From NCBI GenBank assembly GCA_963716255.1, contig OY970303.1, positions 7,520,001-7,584,000 on the forward strand: a stretch of DNA of 64,000 nt, in the 5' to 3' direction. This document shows positions 58,318 through 64,000 of this stretch, in pieces (positions within the stretch are counted from its first letter, which is position 1; each line of letters begins with the position of its first letter). Source of the DNA: an uncultured Gemmatimonadales bacterium (GTDB taxonomy: Bacteria > Gemmatimonadota > Gemmatimonadetes > Longimicrobiales > Longimicrobiaceae). Position numbers and translations under genes: made by a program. Below the pieces are notes generated by a model that did not search any database, was not told the origin of the DNA, and saw nothing but the letters and a program-made list of their open reading frames with translations.

Positions 58318-58773
58318 ATGTCCTGGTGGCGCAACCTGATCCCCGGAGCGTCCGGGCCCGATCACAGGGGTCCCGACTACTACGACGAGGGGATCAACCT
58401 GCTCCGGGAAGAGAAGTACCACGAGGCGCTGACCTCCTTCCGCCTGGCGCTGCGCGACAGCCCCAACGACACCGACGTGCTCCAGCAGATCGCGGTGACG
58501 TACACGCACATCGGCATGACGGACGAAGCGGTCCGCACCTACCGGCGCGTGCTGGAGCTGAAGCCGCACGCCTCCGGCGCCCACTACGGGCTGGCCTTTC
58601 TCCAGCTCCAGCGCGGGCAGGCCGACGAAGCCGTGGCGCACCTGCGCGCCTTCCTGGCGCGCCCGCCCCGCGTCGCCGGGGCCGAGCGGCACGTGGCCCA
58701 CGCCCGCTTCACCCTGGCCGAGCTCACCGGCGAGGGCGAGGCCATGGCCGAACTGCCCGGCGAGGAGCCGTGA
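58318..58773 (+). CDS. Tetratricopeptide repeat protein
   Basis: Helical repeats with EAL..F..AL..P and AHYGLA. Confidence 0.85.
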   Translation: MSWWRNLIPGASGPDHRGPDYYDEGINLLREEKYHEALTSFRLALRDSPNDTDVLQQIAVTYTHIGMTDEAVRTYRRVLELKPHASGAHYGLAFLQLQRGQADEAVAHLRAFLARPPRVAGAERHVAHARFTLAELTGEGEAMAELPGEEP

Positions 58774-58780
58774 AGCGGGG

Positions 58781-59128
58781 GTGCCGGTGAGCGGACCGGC
58801 CGCGGAAGTGTCGCTGGTCCTGTCCACCGCCCCCGACCTGGCCACCGCCGAGCGCATCGTCCGGCAGCTGGTGGAGGAGCGGCTGATCGCCTGCGGCAAC
58901 CTGGTCCCCGGCGTGGCATCCCTCTTCCGGTGGGGGGGCGGGGTGCAGCGCGAGGAAGAGGTGCTGGTGCTGATGAAGACGCGCACGGAAAACCTCGACC
59001 GCCTGTTCGGGCGGGTGGCCGAGCTGCACCCGTACGAAGTCCCCGAGTTGCTCAGCTTTCCCGTTGGGAAGGGCCTCCCCGCGTACTGCGGGTGGGTCGT
59101 GGAGGAAACCGCCGAGGTGGGTGCATGA
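58781..59128 (+). CDS. cutA: Divalent-cation tolerance protein
   Basis: LVEERLIACGN, SLFRW.G, MKT, LHPYEVPE. Confidence 0.92.
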   Translation: MPVSGPAAEVSLVLSTAPDLATAERIVRQLVEERLIACGNLVPGVASLFRWGGGVQREEEVLVLMKTRTENLDRLFGRVAELHPYEVPELLSFPVGKGLPAYCGWVVEETAEVGA

Positions 59129-59751
59129 TCGGACGCAGCAGGGAGCAGGAGGCGCCCGTGGACGCGGGGCGCGGGGTGGCCGGGAGCCAGACCGGGCCGG
59201 ATGCGGACGCGGCGGAGGCGCCGGACGACGCGGCGGCTCCGGCCGTCTCGCCGTACGCCGGCGCCGAGGCGCTGACGGAGCAGGGGAGCCACGCCGCCGC
59301 GGCCGACGCGTACGCGGCGCTGCTGGCCGCCTCGCCGGACGACGTGCGCGCGCTGCTGGGCGCCGGCGCGGCGCTCACGGCCATGAGCCGCTACGACGCC
59401 GCCGAAAAGGAGCTGCGCCGCGCGCTGCGGCTGGCCCCCGAGATGGCGGACGTGCACCACCAGCTGGGCGTGGTGCTGTTCAAGCGCGGCGTGTACGCGG
59501 CCGCGGCCGTCGAGCTGCGGCGCGCCGTCGAGCTGGACCCGGGGTGCGGGCCGGCGTACCTGGTGCTGGGCGAGGCACTCAACCAGATGGCCGAGTCCGA
59601 CCAGGCGCTGGAGGCGCTGGAGACCGCCACCCGCATCCAGCCGGAGAACTCGCGCGCGTACTGGGCCATGGGCATCGCCTACGACCGCAAGGGCAAGCCG
59701 GACCGCGCGGCAGAGATGTACCGGATGTCGCGCGAGGTGGGCGGCCGCTGA
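59125..59751 (+). CDS. Tetratricopeptide repeat protein
   Basis: Repeated RRALRLAP / RRAVELDP / RIQPEN TPR pattern. Confidence 0.85.
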   Translation: MIGRSREQEAPVDAGRGVAGSQTGPDADAAEAPDDAAAPAVSPYAGAEALTEQGSHAAAADAYAALLAASPDDVRALLGAGAALTAMSRYDAAEKELRRALRLAPEMADVHHQLGVVLFKRGVYAAAAVELRRAVELDPGCGPAYLVLGEALNQMAESDQALEALETATRIQPENSRAYWAMGIAYDRKGKPDRAAEMYRMSREVGGR

Positions 59752-59859
59752 GTTCTTTCGTCAGGTTGCTATTGAACCGGTCCGGGTCGAGGAGATCCGG
59801 GCCGGTTCGCGTTCGGGGGCACCGGGTGTGCGGTATGGCAGGCGCTTGCGGGCCGCTCC

Positions 59860-59930
59860 GGGAGCCCCGGAAACTGCCCCGGGTCTCCCTCCGCCGGGGT
59901 GAGCCTCGCCAAACAGCCGGCGAGTCTCCC
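59860..59930 (-). repeat. Tandem pair of GGCWGTTT-loop hairpins (second copy of the 39.3 kb element)
   Basis: Same flanks (GGGCCGCTCCGG ... GGAACGGC.AACTGC) and loops AAACTGCC, AAACAGCC. Confidence 0.8.
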
Positions 59931-59989
59931 CCCGAACAGAGTGTGGGAACGGTGGGAACGGCGAACTGCTTCCGTCCGATATTTCTGCG

Positions 59990-60817
59990 ATGATCTCCCC
60001 TGATCCGCACGACCTCGACGCAGACCTCGACCTCGCGATGCGCGCGGCTCGCGCCGCGGGGCGCGAGGTGATGCGCCACTTCCGAGGCGGGGGCGAGGTG
60101 CGCTACAAGAGCGCCGACCAGCCGGTCACCGAGGCCGACCTCGCCGCCGACCGCCTGCTGCGCGACCTCCTGCTCGGCGAGCGGCCGGGGTACGGGTGGC
60201 TTTCCGAGGAGACCGCCGATTCGCCGGACCGGCTGGGGCAGGAGCGCGTATGGGTGGTGGACCCCATCGACGGGACTCGCTCGTTCGTGGACGGGGTGGC
60301 GGAGTTCGCGGTGAGCGTGGGGCTGGCGGTGGGGGGGCGGGCGGTGGTGGGCGTGGTGTACAACCCCGCCACCGACGAGCTGTACCACGCCTCGCTGGGC
60401 GGCGGCGCCTTCCGGAACGGCGAACGGGTTCGGGTGTCCGCGAGCCCGGCGGCGCTGCCGGTGGCGCTGGCTTCGCGCTCCGAGATCCGCCGCGGCCACT
60501 TCGACGCGCTGCGTGAGGAGTGGAAGGTGCGGCCGTACGGGAGCACCACCTGCAAGATGATCAGGGTGGCGGACGGGAGCGCGCACCTGTTCCTGTCGCG
60601 CGGCCCCAAGAGCGAGTGGGACGTGTGCGCGGCCGACCTCGTGGTGCGGGAGGCCGGCGGCGGCGTCACCGACGCCGAGGGGCGGGAGCTGCGCTACAAC
60701 CGGCCGGACCCGTTCGTCCACGGCGTCCTCGCCACCGGCGGCATGGACCACGCCGCCGTGCTGGCGCGCGTGGCCGCGCTGCCGCCCGTCCACAGGCCCG
60801 GCGACGCGGGCGAATAG
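59990..60817 (+). CDS. cysQ: CysQ/inositol monophosphatase family phosphatase
   Basis: PVTEAD, WLSEE, WVVDPIDGT, EWDVCAA. Confidence 0.8.
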   Translation: MISPDPHDLDADLDLAMRAARAAGREVMRHFRGGGEVRYKSADQPVTEADLAADRLLRDLLLGERPGYGWLSEETADSPDRLGQERVWVVDPIDGTRSFVDGVAEFAVSVGLAVGGRAVVGVVYNPATDELYHASLGGGAFRNGERVRVSASPAALPVALASRSEIRRGHFDALREEWKVRPYGSTTCKMIRVADGSAHLFLSRGPKSEWDVCAADLVVREAGGGVTDAEGRELRYNRPDPFVHGVLATGGMDHAAVLARVAALPPVHRPGDAGE

Positions 60818-61004
60818 GTGCCCGTGTCGCCGCCCGGCCGAGCGCGGTCGGGCAGGGGCCGGCTCCGGCCTCCGTTTCCGGTCGAAGCGGCCCGGCGCAT
60901 CGCTCGCGCCGGGCCGCTTGTCTGCTGGCGGAATGGCGCTTAACGTGCTTACTCCTTTTCGCGCCCGCACCCACGCGGGGCCACTGCTTCACCGGAGGCT
61001 CGTC

Positions 61005-61232
61005 ATGAGCGTTTCGTTCGCCCACCTGCGCCGGATCGTGTTCGGTACCTCCTGCGCCATCGTGTTCGGCTTCGGAGCCACGCAGGCGTTCGCGGAGCCC
61101 AATCTCGACCGGGACCGCCCCCCCGTCTGCCGTATCGACCAGATCCGGTGCCGCTGCGTCACCGGGCAGTACTTCTGCTTCCCGGCATCGGGAGGAGCGT
61201 GCCCCGATCCTACGTTCTGCCTGGTCAAGTGA
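61005..61232 (+). CDS. Small secreted six-cysteine peptide
   Basis: GGAGG RBS; signal peptide ending ATQAFA; 45-aa mature region with 6 Cys. Confidence 0.75.
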   Translation: MSVSFAHLRRIVFGTSCAIVFGFGATQAFAEPNLDRDRPPVCRIDQIRCRCVTGQYFCFPASGGACPDPTFCLVK

Positions 61233-61410
61233 CGGTTCCCGCACCACCCGGACCGGCTCCGCACCGTTCCGGGTGCGGAGCCGGTTCGTCTCGTCTCCGC
61301 GCCTTCCTGTCGTGCCCTGGCGCAAGGCAAACTTCCCGGGGTTCCCGCCGAGTCCTTCCTTCCGTTCACCGCTGCGCCCGAACCGACCCGCCACCGCAGC
61401 GGGCGTCACG

Positions 61411-61439
61411 TTGATCCCTCCGGAAACGGGAGTTATATT
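61411..61439 (+). promoter_or_regulatory. sigma70 promoter of yebC
   Basis: TTGATC-N17-TATATT. Confidence 0.7.
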
Positions 61440-61490
61440 CGGGGCTTTCCGGATTCCGCCCCCACACGCGACGACCCACGGAGGTGCCCG

Positions 61491-62237
61491 ATGGCCGGGC
61501 ATAGCAAGTGGAAGCAGATCAAGCACAAGAAGGCGCTCACCGACAGCCGGCGCGCCGCCAACTGGACCAAGATCATCCGTGAGATCACGGTGGCGGCCAG
61601 GGCGGGCGGCGGCGATCCGGCGGGGAACCCGCGCCTGCGCCTGGCCATGGACACGGCCCGCGCCGCGAACATGCCCAACGAGAACATCGACCGCGCCATC
61701 AAGAAGGGCACGGGCGAGCTCGAGGGGGTGAACTACGAGGAGATCACGTACGAGGCGTACGGCCCGGCCGGCGTCGCCATCATGATCGAGTCGCTCACCG
61801 ACAACGGCAACCGCACCGTCGCCGACATCCGCCGCTGGCTGTCGCGCAACGGCGGCAACCTGGGCGCCACCGGCTCGGTGGCCTGGATGTTCGACCGCCG
61901 CGGCCAGATCGCCATTGATGGGGAGAAGCACGACGAGGAGCAGGTGATGGAGGCCGCGCTGGAGGCCGGCGCCCTGGACGTGGAGAGCGAGGAGGGCGGC
62001 TACACGGTGCTCACCGAGGTCGCCGACTTCGCCGCCGTGCAGGACGCGCTCCGCGCCAAGGGGATCGAGTGGGAGGAGGCCGAGCTGGCCATGATCCCCA
62101 AGACCGAGGTGCGCGTGGAGGGCGGCAACGCCACGATGCTGGTGAAGCTGATCGACCTGCTGGAGGAGCTGGACGACGTCCAGAAGGTCTACACCAACGC
62201 CGACATCGACGAGGACTCGCTGGCCTCCGTCTCCTGA
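61491..62237 (+). CDS. yebC: YebC/PmpR family protein
   Basis: MAGHSKW..IKHKK, NPRLRLA, YEAYGPAG, TDNGNRT, DDVQKVYTN. Confidence 0.97.
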   Translation: MAGHSKWKQIKHKKALTDSRRAANWTKIIREITVAARAGGGDPAGNPRLRLAMDTARAANMPNENIDRAIKKGTGELEGVNYEEITYEAYGPAGVAIMIESLTDNGNRTVADIRRWLSRNGGNLGATGSVAWMFDRRGQIAIDGEKHDEEQVMEAALEAGALDVESEEGGYTVLTEVADFAAVQDALRAKGIEWEEAELAMIPKTEVRVEGGNATMLVKLIDLLEELDDVQKVYTNADIDEDSLASVS

Positions 62238-62341
62238 CGGAGCACAGCGCCGGCCCCGACGAACCCCTCCCCCGGCCCCTCCCCGCAAGCGGGAGGGGAG
62301 AACGGCAAACGGCGGCGCCCCGCGGACGCGAGCGCGAAGTC

Positions 62342-62471
62342 GCGTGAGGGATGCGCGCCCGGAGGGCCGAGACCCGGCGGCAGTTTGCCGGGGCTCGGCT
62401 GAGTTGGGCAGCGTTGTTTGCTGCCCTACTCAGCGCGCAGCCCGACCCCGGCGTCAGCCGGGGGCACGCCC
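62342..62471 (+). repeat. ~130-nt structured repeat, copy 13 (most divergent)
   Basis: CTGAGT/ACTCAG replaces CTCCGT/ACGGAG; structure retained. Confidence 0.92.
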
Positions 62472-62521
62472 AAGCCCGCTTTTTTCTTTTCAAACGCGCC
62501 CCCACTCCCACCCATCAACGG

Positions 62522-63124
62522 ATGGTACTCGCCGCCGACGCCCCGGCCTCCGGCACCCGCTCCACGCAGAACCCCGCGCGCGACGTGATCGTGCTGGGGG
62601 TGGATCCCGGTACGGCAATCACCGGCTACGGCGTGGTCGCCCGGGACCGGGCGGGCACGGTGACGCTGCGCGAGTGCGGCGTCATCCGCACGGCGGCGCG
62701 CGCCACCCTCCCCGAGCGGCTGCGCGACATCTACGAGGGGATCGTGGAGGTGATGGAGCGCCACGTCCCGGACGCGGTCGCGGTGGAGGGCGTGTTCTAC
62801 GGCAAGAACCCGCGCACGGCGGTGGTGCTGGGGCACGCGCGCGGCGCCATACTGCTGGCGGCGGCGCTGCGGCGGCTGGACGTGGCCGAGTACCCGCCCG
62901 CCGAGGTCAAGAGCGCGGTGGTGGGGACCGGTCGCGCCACCAAGGACCAGGTGGGCTTCATGGTGGCAAAGCTGCTCAAGCTGCGCGAGGCGCCCAAGCC
63001 GGCGGACGCGGCGGACGGCGTGGCGGTGGCGCTCTGCCACTGCTTCCGGGGGGTGGGCGCGGCCGCGAAGCCGCCCATGCGCTTCTCGCTGCGCATGCTC
63101 GCCGAGGCCAAGGGGGCGCTGTGA
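62522..63124 (+). CDS. ruvC: Holliday junction resolvase (alternative start GTG 62585)
   Basis: LGVDPG..TGYG, AVEGVF, LGHARG, KSAVVGTGRATKDQV, DAADGVA. Confidence 0.95.
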   Translation: MVLAADAPASGTRSTQNPARDVIVLGVDPGTAITGYGVVARDRAGTVTLRECGVIRTAARATLPERLRDIYEGIVEVMERHVPDAVAVEGVFYGKNPRTAVVLGHARGAILLAAALRRLDVAEYPPAEVKSAVVGTGRATKDQVGFMVAKLLKLREAPKPADAADGVAVALCHCFRGVGAAAKPPMRFSLRMLAEAKGAL

Positions 63125-63708
63125 TCTCGCGCATCCGCGGCACCCTGCTGGTCCGGGAGCTCAACCGCGCGGAGGTGATGACCCCCGGCGGCGTCGCCTA
63201 CGAGATGGAGATCCCCACCACCGTCTACGAGCGCCTCCCGCGCCCCGGCGAGGAGGTGGAGCTGCGCACGATGCTGGTGATCCGCGAGGACGCGCAGCTG
63301 CTCTTCGGGTTCCTGGAGGACACAGAGCGCGCGCTCTTCACCCGGCTGATCGGCGCCACCGGCGTGGGGCCCAAGCTGGCCATATCGCTGCTCTCCGCGC
63401 TCCCCGGCGCGGCGCTGGTGCGCGCCATCCGCGACCGCAACCTGGCCGTGCTCACCGGGGTGAGCGGGGTGGGGAAGAAGACCGCAGAGCGCCTGTCCGT
63501 GGAGCTGGCGGGAAAGCTGGACGACCTGGCCTTCGCCTCGTCCGGGCTGGCGCAGCAGGCCCCGGGGGTGGAGGAGGCGCTGCGCGCGCTGGTGGTGCTG
63601 GGGATGAACGCGCTGGAGGCGGAGAACGCCGTGCGCGCGGTGATCCAGGACCGCGGCCCGCTCCCCGCGCAGGAGCTGATCCGCGCCGCCCTGGCCCGTC
63701 CCCGCTAG
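63121..63708 (+). CDS. ruvA: Holliday junction branch migration protein
   Basis: IREDAQLLFGF, GVGPKLA, GVGKKTAERL. Confidence 0.95.
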   Translation: MISRIRGTLLVRELNRAEVMTPGGVAYEMEIPTTVYERLPRPGEEVELRTMLVIREDAQLLFGFLEDTERALFTRLIGATGVGPKLAISLLSALPGAALVRAIRDRNLAVLTGVSGVGKKTAERLSVELAGKLDDLAFASSGLAQQAPGVEEALRALVVLGMNALEAENAVRAVIQDRGPLPAQELIRAALARPR

Positions 63709-63814
63709 CTTTTTCCGCCGTGCCGGGGCCTCCCCGGCGGCGGACCGGTTTTCCGGTGCCGGTGTATCAGCCGCGTCCGAAGAAAACCCGTAGACACCCG
63801 GAGCGGCCCCCGTC

Positions 63815-64000
63815 ATGTCCAAGCCCCAGCGGTCCGAGATCACCACGCCCGAAGCGCTCTCCACCGAGGAGGAGGGCACCGAGCTGAGCCTGCGCCCCCA
63901 GCGGCTCGCGGAGTTCATCGGCCAGCCAAAGGTCAAGGAATCCCTCAAGATCGCGGTGGACGCCGCGGTGAGCCGGCGGGAGCCGCTGGACCACGTCCTC
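63815..64000 (+). CDS. ruvB: Holliday junction helicase, partial at window edge
   Basis: Manual translation: ...[29 protein letters not shown]...EPLDHVL; follows ruvA. Confidence 0.92.
   Translation, partial: MSKPQRSEITTPEALSTEEEGTELSLRPQRLAEFIGQPKVKESLKIAVDAAVSRREPLDHVL

Overview
High-GC bacterial chromosomal window. Gene content and style suggest Gemmatimonadota (Longimicrobium-like); this is inference. From left to right: the 3' end of an NRPS, a Xre/RES toxin-antitoxin pair, an S9 peptidase, a YdjM-like hydrolase, a SolA-like oxidase, a catalase-domain::LodA/GoxA fusion with its LodB-like partner, glpX, a ~17 kb minus-strand surface-polysaccharide cluster (GT2/GT4, Wzm/Wzt, DesI- and DesVI-like sugar enzymes), two amino-acid permeases around hppA, a two-domain multicopper oxidase, thiM, a two-component system divergent from degP, ppa, nfo, a metal-uptake locus (RAPP-type leader ORF, porin, ZnuABC-like ABC, MerC-like, Fur/Zur), a probable 6S RNA, a pterin operon, cutA, cysQ-like, a small Cys-rich secreted peptide and yebC-ruvCAB. 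The most striking unexplained signal is a ~130-nt intergenic element present 13 times in both orientations. It folds into a multi-branch structure with strong compensatory base changes, conserved G-Y-W-G-T-W-T loops and GNA triloops. Its arms appear shuffled between copies, and one hairpin also occurs as stand-alone tandem arrays. No transposase or CRISPR array is visible. All protein calls come from motif recognition by eye; no database search was run.
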